Of a stretch of DNA of 64,000 nucleotides, positions 26,410 through 39,481 are shown piece by piece. The DNA comes from Octopus sinensis (Eukaryota), in contig NC_043006.1 in assembly GCF_006345805.1 (NCBI RefSeq), positions 99,014,001 through 99,078,000 of the forward strand, read 5' to 3'. Under the pieces are notes generated by a model, which saw nothing but the letters and a program-made list of their open reading frames with translations, ran no database searches and was not told the DNA's origin. Both the position numbers and the translations under genes were made by a program. Numbering within the stretch: the first letter of the stretch is position 1; each line of letters begins with the position of its first letter.

Positions 26410-26660
26410 TTTGAATTTAAGATTAAAATATAAAAGTAAAAATAAACAAGAAAATATAATAGCTATTATTATCGGCCCTAAAAGACGGCAGAGTGGCAGA
26501 TGCATTAGCAACATGGACAAAAACTTCACAGCATACCCAATATCGCCGAAGTTGACTTCACAGCAAATCCCATACCGCTGAAGTTGACTTTACCTTTTAG
26601 CACTCTGGGGAGTCTCAGTCAATTACTGTAGCCAATGTAATTGACTACCGTCTTCCCCAA
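26410..26660 (+). mobile_element. Degenerate SINE B-like copy with internal duplication
   Basis: ggcagagtggcagatgcattagca...cgccgaagttgactt (twice)...caggccttgtg. Confidence 0.5.
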
Positions 26661-27722
26661 TATTTCAGGCCTTGTGGCAATTTTTAAAGTATTATTGTGG
26701 AATGTGGTATTTGCAAAATTTGGGAATGAATCTCGTAACAACATCACCTGTCTTATGCAGAATATTTAAACTGAAATTGTTAATAATGTATATAATTTAA
26801 CTCGTCGCATAATGAAATAAAATTAACGATTTATATTCTAAAAATAAGAAATTATTTTCCTGAGTGTTAAGCCTTTATTATGAAATACTTGAATCAATTA
26901 CCTCCTCTGCAGATATAAGATAATCTTTGAGCCAATTGCTTAATCTCTACTCTAGAATGTACAGAATAAAATATATGAATCGTATCCACTCTTCATAATA
27001 AACACTGCAAATTGAAAAGTGAAGTTCTAATTGATAGACTAGAACAAAATATCGCAAAACAATTTCTTTCTCCAGTCACAAAAGCACAATACGTTATTAT
27101 CACCGAAGTAAGAAACGGTGATTGCCGGCCAACGCTCGCGTAGAGTATATCATTCAGCTATTTTAAGGCTGCCCTTCTGCTCGATGTAATCGATATAAAA
27201 GACTTATCTATTGCTTGTATTCATAGAATATTCTCCAAACTCTTTTTGGTGATATAAGATGGAGGCTGCGAAACGGCCATAACCCTAAAACTGACAAGTG
27301 TTTAAACAAATATATGCACCCATCTACTTCCTGAATTTCTATGGTTTTATATACTCATAAAGTAATCTAATCGATAGGATATCCTGCATTTCAACTGCAT
27401 AGAACTCTGCATTATACACTTCTGTGTTGGATTGCTATGGGGTCAACTAGGCGGGTCTGCTAGAAAAGTTTCTGTGGTACCAACGTGATGTAATGAATCC
27501 ATATATTATTCTACAAATTTATATAAATCGTACTGCCGACTTGTCGATACCACAGTCGTGTCTGTTTGGAAGCTGATGATGATAATACACATCTGTTATG
27601 CTTCGTTTTGAATTATTGATATCTTAGTCGTGTTAAACTGAATTGTCTTTCATTCATGTTGAGAGTGTAAGTAGATTCATATTTTGCGGGAAGGGGTTCG
27701 TTTACATTGGTATTGTTACTTT

Positions 27723-27784
<62 letters not shown>

Positions 27785-27830
27785 TGTATGTATGTATGTA
27801 TGTATATATATATATAAATATGTATGTACG

Positions 27831-27895
<65 letters not shown>

Positions 27896-27964
27896 CAGAC
27901 AGAATCAATATTTGTTCTGTAATCATTATGAAATACAGAAACAGCATTCAAAGATATAGATATA

Positions 27965-29213
27965 TTAGGTTGGCAATTAAGTTCCTGTCGTTTTTCTTAA
28001 ATTCAAATTTTTTAAAAGGTTTAATAAAAAATAACAACTAATTAATCAATAATGTATTCATCGTCTGGTTTACAGCTTCTTCCCAACATTCAACAAGATT
28101 TTCAATACCTCGTTGGTAGAAATCACCCGATTTTGAGTCGAAAAATTGATGCAACCAAGCTGTCAATTCTGCATTACTATTGAACGAAATTCTACGCATA
28201 GCATTTGAAAGAGATCGAAAGAGGTGGAAATTCGTTAGTGCCAAATCAGGAAAGTACGGCGGGTGTGCCAGTACTTTCCAGTCATGCGTTTCAATGGTTT
28301 CCTTGGTCATATTGGCGATATTAGGGCGGGCGTTGTCGTGCAGCAGAAGAACTCCGTACTGACTATTAGGTATTTTCTCTTGAATAGCCGTGTTGAGTCG
28401 TCCATCTGTTGAACATAGAGTTTCGCGTTGACCGTTTTGTTCCGTTCAAGTAATTCGTAATGGGTAATCCCTTATCAGTCCCACCATGCGCGGTGTCGCT
28501 TGTTTACCGGGGCTAATCCATTCCTTACGCTGCTTCATATTGATGTACAGGTACCATTTTCCGTCGCCAGTAACGATTGCGTAAAGAAATCATTGCTTGT
28601 GTCCATGAGTTGAGCGATGACGAGCAAGCAACCAGCGAGATTGTGGCTCATTGATTTTTGTTGTTGTAGCTTAAAGCATGCGGAACCCATGCTCCATACT
28701 TCTGAACCTTTCCTATCGAGTGAAGATGCTTCTCTATAGCAGTATGGGAGCATTCCATTTTCTCTGCCAGTTCCGTTGTCGTTTCACGAGAATTTTCATG
28801 CAAAAGGTGGTTTAATCTCTCTTCATCTAACTCAACTGGACGGCAAGAACGCGATGCGCCTTTGAGGTCAAAATTTGCATTTTATAACTTACCATACCAA
28901 TCACGTGCGGTTCTTTCAGCTATGGCACCCTCTCCATACACAGGATAAATGTCACGAGCAGCTTTTGCGGCCTTAGAACCTTGCTTAAAAACAAAAAGAC
29001 GGGGGTGTCGAAAATGCTCGTTTTTCTTATCTTGACATTCCATTTTAATGATCTGAAAATGTACAAAAATTAACTAAAATTAACTAGAAAAAAAAAACCC
29101 AACAAAATACATTCCAAAATGATTCAAAAATAAAATTCTCGAAAAACATAGATTCTAAAATTTATAATCGCAATAAATTTAAAAAGACGGCGGTAACGTA
29201 GTTGCCAACCCAA
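27965..29213 (-). mobile_element. Full-length (1249 bp) mariner with both TIRs and TA duplication; transposase pseudogene
   Basis: TA|ttaggttggcaattaagttcctgtcgttttt ... aaaaagacggcggtaacgtagttgccaacccaa|TA. Minus-strand motifs GAWVPHAL, IVTGDGKW, LLHDNARP and HPPYFPDL; frameshifted. Confidence 0.95.
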
Positions 29214-31305
29214 TATGCCTTTGAATGTTATTTCTGTATTTCTGCATTGCATATACAGTGAATGGTATTTCTTTATTTCATAAAGATTACCACAGAAATG
29301 TTGATTTTGTCTCAAAAATAAACGAATGTAAACAATGTGAATGATACTTCATTTAGATGAGAAATCCATGTACTATAGCACGTCCATTAATGATATTATG
29401 ACCCTTACAGAACTGATATACAATTTAACCAGAATGAATTTATAATTCCTGATATAAGAATAGCTTCAAGAATGTATAATGAATTGAATCAACTTACTGG
29501 ATATACAGAGCTCATGTATTAAAATGAAATATGTTAGCTAAATTTAGCAGTAGATGTATTGTCCATTATTATTGGAAGGTTTACAATAAAACGAGGAGTT
29601 GGATTTCCGTTTCTCCCGAATCTAATTTACTGTATGGATATTTCACAAATATCTAAAGAGGGGATTCTTTCAATATTCAATCTTCATAAATTTAATGAGT
29701 TTCTATTAGAAAGAAATTTTGAATTCATCACAGATCGCAAAATTTCATTTGGACATGTACAAATGATATTGCCATCTACTTCTACAATGATGAATAATGT
29801 TATCTATGGCACACAAAAGTTTATTCAAGCTTCGAAGCCACACGAAAATGATGGTGCATTATAATTGGAGCTGATGAAGTTATTGATGAATGTAATAGAT
29901 TGACAGAACATGATCTCATATTCTATCAACTTATTTATAAAAGTGTCAGTCGAATGTCGTTTACAAGTAAAGAAATTCAATCAGGCATTAAGCCCGATAT
30001 CGATGATAATCATGAGAGACGATATTGTTTGACAGAAAAATCTAAATATTGAAGTGGAACATCTGAGAAGGAAATATTTCAAAAGGTGATACAATTAGTA
30101 ATTACTGGAAATTGTTAAATTTAGAGAATGTCCTTACTAGTGAAATTATTCTGAAGATATAGAATATTTTTTGAACCAATTGCTTGATCTCTAATCTAGA
30201 CTGTGCAGAATAAAATGATTCATATACATTCTTCATAACAAACACTGCAAATTGATTTACTTGTTGTAGTCATGATACTGAGCAATTAATTTACCTGATA
30301 ACTAATGTAAAGCCCAACCCAAAATATATTAACCATGGCAAGAAATAAATAATGAGATATTTTAGATTTTTGTAGTAAATCCTTTCCCTCTATCTTAGAT
30401 AAAATCATTTCCCAAAAACGTCTATAAAATAATTTCGATATTGATGCTAAAAGAATATTCATTGTTAGAAAAATGTTGTCCTCATATCAGCCTAGACTCC
30501 ACTTCAAACAGCTTCTCAGCCATTATACATGATAACAGCAATTGCATTGTAGCCAAAGCATGATCGTGTGGGAAGACAAACACAACTTCCAGTAAATTGC
30601 ATTTCCTAGAAACGGCATGTCTATGGATTCATCAATACAAGACTATATTGAATCATGAGTGTACTTGGAGGAGCCATTCTACCGTAATGTACTTTCATTG
30701 AAACAGTCACGATACAGTAAAATAGACACCAAAATTCGATTCTCTTTCGGAGACATTCGATGCATTTTCATTCTATTGCATTTTCTGGAAGTCCACCTTG
30801 GTTGTTGCACATAATCGAATTACGTAACTGATTGAGACGTTGAGTTATGCCTCATTCTTGTCACAATTGCCACAGATATTACGACGATTCTCCAGATCCA
30901 TCAGAAAACGTCAAATTATTGTAGCGTACATTAAATTCTCAATTTAATAAAATATATATATATAACAAACGATTTCTCTGTGTGCCTGTCTTTGTGCGTG
31001 TGTGTGTCTATGTGTGTAGTACGTATGCATTTTTCAACCTATTTTCACCAAACTTTACACACATAATACTTATGTACCAAGGGCGGTTATGCATTATAAA
31101 ATTTTCCCCAGAGATCCCGCTTAAAGCGATAAACCGGCAAAAACGGTGTTTTACATACATTTTCTCTAAACATTTCTGCAGTTTCCAACCGATTCACTTC
31201 CTTTTCTCTTTCTTTTTCTCATTCTTTGTTTATCATGCTTACATATATTCTCTCTCATACTCCTTAATAGTTCTTGTCTTTTAGTCTATGTATGTGTCTT
31301 TCAGC

Positions 31306-31336
<31 letters not shown>

Positions 31337-31524
31337 TCTTTAACTCACCCAGTGGGTAAAAATTTAGTCGTAGATAATAATTTAGTTATTTTTACTTTTT
31401 TTTCACCCAGTGTATTTAAATTCACTTTTTCCACATCTGCCTTATGTATATTTCAGTTTTGTTGTGCGTAAATATCTTTGTCTTTACAGAATTTGTACGT
31501 TCTCCCAACAGCATTACTTATTTA

Positions 31525-32700
31525 AAAATTTCCCCAAGATACCTGATGAAGGTTGGAGGGTATATCAGCCGAAACGTTGTGTTAACAATAAATATGATGA
31601 TGACAAAAAGCGGTCAATTGTAAATAATGTAAATAATGTACATAATTCCTCATCTCTTAAATATAGAACTGTATTATCTAATCGATACGGAGCTGACATT
31701 AGACTTCAATGGCGACATATAGAGAAACTCCATCAAAATCTAGCTCGTCTCTTAAACCATCTAACTTTCCTGTGTAGATGTAGAGACTCAAATTTAATAC
31801 CACCTGGCTTGAATATAATGAAGAGTAGCAGAAAGGGCAGGACACTCCCTTGTCCGTGAGAGGATCTATTACAACCGTTGGAAAAATCATCAATTAAATA
31901 AGGAGATCAAATAAAATTCCAGAAAATGCAATACAAGGAAATCTTCATTACTTAAGAAAATAACCAGAGACGATGATAGAAAGAGAATCCAACAAGATCT
32001 AGAAAAGTCATACACGAAAGAATATGAAATGGTCAAGATCCGCCAGAATAAGAAGTTTATGAAACCGAAAGGTTAGAGAATGAAGACTGAAGTCCGTCAC
32101 TCACCTGTGAAAGCAGTAATTAATGTAAGTAGCCGACATCCAGAAAGCCCTGAAGAAGCAGTACTAAACAAAGGTCTCAGCTTTGCGACAACCAACAAGC
32201 GCATTCCATACTTGGACATGATAGCCCCTATTGAAGATATAGTCATAAAGATACCAAAAGCTCAGGAAGATGAACTAAGGTGGAAAGTGAAACCGGTACT
32301 AGAAAAAGCAAAACTTCCCAAACCAAACATCACTAAGGAAGAACTGTTCGCTATCAAAAAACTGCAGAGCGACAATTCCATCATAATACTCCCAGCAGAC
32401 AAGGGAAATGCTACAGTAGTGATGAACAAGTCTACTCGGAAAAACTGGCAAGTATTATAAATGATGGTAGCTACAGCAAAGTAAAGTAAGACCCCACTTT
32501 GAAAAAAGAGAGGAAGTTGTCACAGATCTTGATCAAGAACAAGGATCACTTTACACCAATGAAGTAGAGACAACTGACTCAACACTACATTAAACTACCA
32601 CATTTGCACCCGTCTTCCTAAGATTCACCAGGATGGTATTCTACTAAGACCTTTAGTGGGCGGTAGAGGTTCAGCATGTCACCCACTTAGCCGCCTCTTT
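31525..32700 (+). mobile_element. Penelope-like element, 5' part (terminal repeat, N-terminal domain, start of RT), decayed
   Basis: RHIEKLHQNLARLLNHLTFLCRCRDSNLIPPGL; VINVSS..VLNKGLSFA..NITKEELFAIKKLQSDNSIIILPADKGNATVVMN; then KIHQDGI.LRPLVGGRGSACHPLSR (PKIHK..PLRPIV motif). No GIY-YIG domain at this locus. Confidence 0.9.
31538..31583 (+). ncRNA. Minimal type-I hammerhead ribozyme in the PLE terminal repeat
   Basis: gatac CUGAUGA a ggttg...cagcc GAAA C|GU U gtgtt. Stem I gatac/gtgtt, stem II ggttg/cagcc (one GU), palindromic ACGU stem III, GUU triplet. Confidence 0.75.
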
Positions 32701-33139
32701 GTTTCCTTGTGGATATAATCAGTATCCGAAGTTTGAAAGTGTTTAGTTCAAAAAAATTAATTTATCGACCTGCCGATCAAAAGAAAAAGATCCCAAAGTT
32801 CAATTATTATACAAGTCACATGAAACAAAAACTTCAGGCAATGAAAATCGGGATGATGTCGATAATTGTCTTCAGTGCAAGTATATCTACAAGATTTTCA
32901 TCGTTATGAAGCAGAGATTCATATTGATTGTATATTGCCCTTAAGCTAGAGTGTTATACAGTTTGTCTATTATGACAATTAGTGTTGGATCACCGAATCT
33001 TTCCATTTATTAAAGTCAGTTGTTCTAATTGTCACACTCTCGTTATTCCCTTCTCTCGCGACTTATGAAGCGGTGTCACAATAGTATTTCACACCCTTTA
33101 AACACATCTAAATAGAGTGTTGCCTTTCTATTTTCTTAA

Positions 33140-33410
33140 TCATATGGTATCAGCAAATTCATATGTATTCAAGCATATGTGTGTATCAGTTTGTCTGTAT
33201 GAACGTGTGTAATTTTTGTTACCTTCTATGTATGCATGTATGTATGTATGTATGTATGTACGTATGTATGTATGTATGTATGTATGTATGTATGTGTGTG
33301 TATGTATGTGTGTGTATATGTATGTATGTATGTGTGTGTATGTATGTATGTATGTATGTATGTATGTACGTATGTAGGTTGGTATATATGGGTGTGTGTA
33401 TTCATATACA
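33140..33410. repeat. (TGTA)n/(TG)n compound microsatellite
   Basis: Direct reading. Confidence 0.9.
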
Positions 33411-33954
33411 TTGATATTTATCAAATGCATTCCCGTCCCGAGTCGTTATCCTACACAATAATAACTTGTAGATATTATGATTACACACCGATAGCAGATC
33501 ATGTTTTGTGTAGCGTTAGTGCATTATATAAAGTTTAGTTAACATTTGGAAAGATGAAACTTGTTCACTGCAGTTTAATATATATCGCTGATTTAATTTC
33601 TCTAATTTATACATAATTTTGTTAAATTGTTATGCGTTATATGTACAATAATGTTGAATAACATGAATCATATCTATATCTTTCCAGAATACTGTTGACT
33701 AATGAACTGAATATTTTAAGCACAGAAAATATGCAGCAGAAAATCTCCCGGAATGAAGACAATGTAGCATTATTCAAAATATATATAGGCTACATACCTT
33801 CTGGTAAAGGTGAATAACTCAGTGGTTAGAGTGTCGTGGTCATAATCATGAGGTAGTGTGTTCGATTCCCGGATCGGAATGTATATTGCATACCGAAGGC
33901 AGATACTGCCTGCCGGCAGACCGCCCGTTGTATTTTCCTTTTCATCGACAACAC

Positions 33955-34275
33955 CAAGCAGAGATATTGCATCAAGTTTTGTCGAAACGTTGGAGGTATT
34001 AAAAGTTTAAAACATCCAGAAACTTCAGCAGGTTTTGGCAATGATGCCTTTCGTAAAGATCAGATTCTGTGTGATACAACAGTTTCAAATGTGGTCGCGC
34101 CTCATTGGAGATAGAGGCACACTGAGACAAGCCATCCACAGACCGAAACGGGAAACCGATTCAGAATGTTTGGCGAATACTCAGGAAAGACCGTCATGTA
34201 ACAATTCAGGAAATTACTCACGAAACGGACATAAACTCGTGAACAGTGTGTTCCATTTTAACGGAGGCGTTCCAG
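33955..34275 (+). mobile_element. Decayed mariner transposase N-terminus
   Basis: Across frameshifts: KQRYCIKFC..IQKLQQ..FGNDAF..YNSFKCGRASLE..KPSTDRN..RKDRHVTIQEITHE..SILTE. Confidence 0.75.
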
Positions 34276-36255
34276 TGGTGTTACCAACAGGGTCAGAACC
34301 GACAGGAGAACTGTATAAATTCCCAATTGTAGTCTTTTGAAGATTTAATTAAAATTGTGATAAAATATTTTTTTTTTTAAATATGCAAAGTTGTAAGAAT
34401 AAGAACATCAATGTTGTACTTAGCTGTGGTACTGATGTGGTGAAAAAGTCTGAGAAATCAGTAGAATGCTAAGGAGATATGCACTATGTTGTTGTTTGTG
34501 TGGTCAACTGTCTGAAAATACCAATTTGCGCCATACACTTCGGTTTTGTAGTAAGAATTTCCTTGTGTTTGATGACACTAATATTTCAGTCAGTAGCCGA
34601 AATGGATTCTCCTATTATGAATTTCGGCATTTGGCATAAGTATTCCATTTTGATTGGTACTCTACATAGGCACTAGATATATATTTGTGTCACATATTGT
34701 GCGGTGAGTATACGCAAGCTGATAGAATTTGGTTTTTTAAGCATGAACACGACATCAGACGGTCCAGAATGGGCCAGGCGAATACTAAACGCCTTCTCCG
34801 AATTGATATAGGCCCATTAAGAAGTGATGATGCAGGAAATGTTATTCGCTGTGGTGTATGTGAGCTATTATTTAAGCTTCAAAATTGTTTGGAAATGTGT
34901 AGTATAACTCTCTTAGTTGATTTTATCTCTTACGAATGTAAAATAATTTTTTTCTGCAGTTGAGCTTCGTGTGGTGGGAGAGAGTTGATGTAAAGTATCA
35001 CATGTTACTGCAGACTATTTACTTGCAGCATTGAGTGATACACTGTTTTTCTTCTGAAATGTTAAGGACAAAGTCTGCTAGTAGCATAAAACCTTAATTG
35101 TTGGGTTGTTCAAAGTCAAAATATGCGTTTGTCAAGACAGAGTTATCCTCAATGGAACAGTCTTTACAATAAGAATGTCTTCGATGTAGTAGAGAGGGGA
35201 CTGCAGATGTTGATAGCTCACATCCCCCGTTCATTTCTGTCGTGGTAATCACGGCAGAAAGACTGGTTGCTATGGTTGTTGGAAGAGGACTTTTGTAGGT
35301 ATTTTGAATGAAATTACGGTACGTGTTCGTAAGAATGTGTAAAGATGTTGCTGAATATTTACTGCAGTGAAATCGTAGAAGTGGCGGCTGGATATGGTAG
35401 TATAGTCTGTTCAGGTCAACATCTTTGAAGGCAAGCGTAGAGGTGCAGAGAGAAATTACTTGGAGACTGAAAATATCTTTACTGTTCTTTTGTGTATCTG
35501 AATTGAATCTGTGAGCTTTCTACGTGAACACAGATGTGATTTAATAAGCAGAGAGAGGAGCCAGGAGAATTTGCGCAGCGATCGGTTCCGGCTCGAAACA
35601 ATAGTTCGTATGCTATGACTAAATAAAGTTATATGTGACACTAGAATATAGGGAGCATATCTTTCTCGTAAATAACTTCAGTGATGAGAGAGAGAGAATT
35701 ATTTCTTTCGTTGTATAGTTAAGGTTATTATATCTGGGGCGTTCGGCGTTCGGGATATATATGTGATTTTACAACATTTACAAATTGGTAATATTTCCAC
35801 TCAGTATAGGCATATAAACAGCAGAAAAATCATTATTATTACCCTTATAAGATGGAAACAAGAGTCAACAAGCAGCCACGTGACACGAGCCCGCACCCCT
35901 CGGACATCGCCTAAGTAATCTACCATTAAGCTAAAGTACCCACTGACAACGGTCTACTTATTTTGGTTTTGGAAACGTCGAGTTTGCATCGTATTAATAT
36001 TCGAGCGCACTATGGCCGTGAAAACGGCAGAAGGATCGGATAGGTCTTTAAGCTATATATTTTCTTGTATATTTTTTTATGATCATTGAAATATTTTACG
36101 TTCCTATTTAGTCATTATACTTTATGGGAGTTATCCATGTTCCTATATATTCGGCAGTCCTACTTCTAAACTATTTCTAAGCTTCTAGCTTTCATTTTTC
36201 TATCTTAAAATATGAATTGGAAGTACGTACACAAGTAATTATATATATATATATA

Positions 36256-36740
36256 CTAGCAGTATTGCCCGACTTTGCAAAATGGTCACATTTAATTCAT
36301 AGCGTTAAAAAGGTTATGAAAACAATTGGTATGTGTTCACAAAGTCCAAACGATTAATACGAAAAAGCCCTCCAGGCTACATCCCGAAAATTCATTTTTT
36401 TGCCGAATTTCTACAATGGTTACGGCGATTCGTTTTTATATCTTGCTTTTTTATTTTTCATGCAATTTACGCATGCTTGTACGCGTGGTGAACACAGTTC
36501 ATATCAAACAGCTGACTGAGTAAAGTTCACTATTCAATGCTTGGGATAAGGCCTAAACAAACACATTATCGATTTTTGCACTTGCGAGATGAATTTCGGA
36601 ACAGAAATAGCGCAGTTCAATTTTCATTCGCCTAAACCTTAAGTGACCCATTTTTGGTGGTTCTACGATTTGTTGGCTAGGAGGAGATGTGCCGGGAAGT
36701 TAAACACACAGACACTCAAGTTGAGTTTTATATATATAGA
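36256..36740 (-). mobile_element. Non-autonomous Helitron-like element
   Basis: Minus strand reads A|TCTATATATATAAAAC...gggcaatactgCTAG|T: 5' TC, 3' CTAG, A^T target. Both termini resemble 62967-63360; the 3' hairpin is degenerate. Confidence 0.65.
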
Positions 36741-36767
36741 TAGATATACACATGCATGCGAACACAC

Positions 36768-36811
<44 letters not shown>

Positions 36812-36871
36812 GCAGACAGACATTATATATATATTTTTTTCTTTTTGTGTAAGAATACCAGTTACTGCATT

Positions 36872-36956
<85 letters not shown>

Positions 36957-37344
36957 GTGTATGTATGTGCACATATGTGCGTGTCAACATTAGTTTGGGC
37001 TCACGCCCTAGAATTATTGTTCTGTTTCCTATCATAAATACACCAATCAATAAATTGTTTTCCCCCGCATGCAAATGATGATTAAACCGAATCTAATATT
37101 TAATTACATGCTTCTATAGCTTATAATAACAAACATTTTCATTTCATCCCTCGCAGGAATCAACTCTCTATACGTGTCCCGTCGCCTCAACTAATTTCTC
37201 TTTAATGAGGTTCTGATTTTAATCAATATGTATAGACTGTAACATATCTTACTTTTATATTCCAGCAATTATGTGAATGAACTGCCATAATTCTATTTAC
37301 ATTATATGCTTTTTTCTTAGAAAAATAACTACTTATATTCTTTT

Positions 37345-37921
37345 CTACTGTAAGCACAATGCCTGAAATATTTGGGCAGTGGAGACAGCGATTGGAGCGA
37401 ACCCAGTAGAAAATGATACTTAATTTATCAACCCCGAAAGGATGAAAGTCAAAGTCGACTTCACCGGAATTTAAAGATATTTCGCCCGGTGTACTAACGT
37501 TTCATATTTCTTTATTGCCCACACGGTGCTAAACATAGAGGAAACAAACATGGACAGACAAAGGGATTAAGTCGATTACATCGACTCTAATGCGTAACTG
37601 GTACTTAATTTATCGACCTGAAAGAATGAAAGCCAAAGTCAACCTCGGCGGAATTTGAACTCAGAACGTAGCGGCGGACGAAATACCTATTTTTTTTTAC
37701 TATCCAAAAAGGGCTACACACAGAGAGGACAAACAGGGACAGACAAACGGATCAAGTCGATTATATCGACCCCAGTGCGTAATTGGTACTTATTTAATCG
37801 ACCCCGAAAAGATGAAAGGCAAAGTCGACCTCGGCGGAATTTGAATTCAGAACATAGTGGCAGACGAACTACTGCTAAGCATTTCGCCGGGCGTGCTAAC
37901 GACTCAGCCAGCTCACCGCCT
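37345..37921 (-). mobile_element. Three tandem SINE B-like monomers (one complete, two 5'-truncated or degenerate)
   Basis: Three ccc/cct-gaaa..atgaaag.caaagtc.ac blocks at about 37432, 37618 and 37803; complete head at 37860-37921. Confidence 0.88.
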
Positions 37922-38837
37922 TAGAACAACTACTTATATGGTACTAGGAATATATTATTTATCCAATATTTTTAATTGGATAATTAGCTACAACACATTT
38001 TTAAAACTATAAGCCATATACTCATTATAATAATGCCGGTTGCATCCTATCTTCTAAAACAAATAACTTAGCTCTTTGCTCTCATCACTCACGTCTATTA
38101 TTGATGATTAATAGCTTATTTCTAGATTTCATACTCTAAATAATTTAATAAGTAAAATCTAAGATTGCTTTTCACAATACACATGCATGTGTGTTTGTAT
38201 TTGATTCAGTGAAAGAGAATATTGAGGAATATTATTGAGTTTTCAATTTGAGTTTAGATTGTTATGGATCTCTCAAAATGCATTTTCGAGGGAGACAAGA
38301 GACAATAAAATAAAGCTAAGTAATTTTCTTGACAACTAACATATCACACATGTGTGAATATATATGTGGACAGTAATGTTGTAAAAGTCTATAGAACTTA
38401 CACAATTATATACGAAATAATTTAGACCCGCATATCTAAGTTATATTATGTAATTTATATAAAGCATACAGAAACGTTTCTAAATAAATGAATTGCTTAT
38501 ACCATATAAAAGATAATATACATTTACACGGTGGTAAATACTTCTGAAAATTAGATCATTAGAAGCAAACAGCAGGAATTTTCACGCTGTTGTTCAGACT
38601 TGTTCTTCTCTGAAGACGCTTCAAGGAAGTAGAATTGATTCAAATTACATGACTATGCAGATTTTATTCAGGTACTGAACTGATATCAAGTGAATCAGTT
38701 GATTTACTCACCAGTATAAACATTAGTTGTAACGGAAATCCGACAGGGTACTTCTATAACTTAAAAATAGTAATTAACTACCAAATTAAATTAGGAATTC
38801 CATACGTTGTAATATCTTGATATACAGATGCAGAATA

Positions 38838-39028
38838 AGGCAGCAACCTGGTGGAATCATTAGCATTCAGAGCAAAATACCTAAAGGCATTTCGCCTATT
38901 TTTATGTCCTCGCCTAGGGTCGACTTATTTTAGGGTCGATAGAATGAGTTCCAGTTGAACACTGGGGTCGTTGTAATCATTTAACCCAACTCCTGAAACA
39001 GTTGGCCTTGTCCCAAAATTTAATACCG

Positions 39029-39071
<43 letters not shown>

Positions 39072-39303
39072 ACCTGCTTTTAGTAACTAACAATCTTTTG
39101 TAGAATTGGCAAAATACCTGAAATTTTGGGGAGAGGCTAGCTGACCGCATCAACCTTAGATGTCTGGTACTTATTTTATCGGTCACGAAACGATGAAATA
39201 CAAAGTCGAGTTTGGCGGAATTTGAACTCAGAAAGTAAAGGCAGATGAAATGTTTCTAAACACCTTGGCCGACGTGCGAACAATTCTATCAGGTAGTCGC
39301 CTT
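38838..39303. mobile_element. Two degenerate SINE B-like copies, tail-to-tail around (TA)n
   Basis: Plus copy 38838-39022 (ggcagcaacctggtggaatcattagca...ggggtcg..gtaatc); minus copy about 39085-39303 (ggcggaatttgaactcaga). Confidence 0.65.
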
Positions 39304-39434
39304 ATATTTGCTATGTGATAATGAATATAAATTACTGCATTACGATGTGACTAGCAGGCACGAATTATGATTCCTGTCCGAGGGATATATTTGCAATACA
39401 ATATAAACACAAACACGCATCACACACACACACA

Positions 39435-39481
<47 letters not shown>

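Noticed and set aside
29400-29520. FIIPDIRIA resembling the Cys-loop receptor WxPDI motif (octopus chemotactile receptors)
   Set aside because: No Cys-loop, no transmembrane segments and no other family motifs.
34440-35460. GC-richer stretch possibly from an old retroelement (VLTNAYFDF-like peptide on the minus strand)
   Set aside because: Too degenerate to support a family call by eye.
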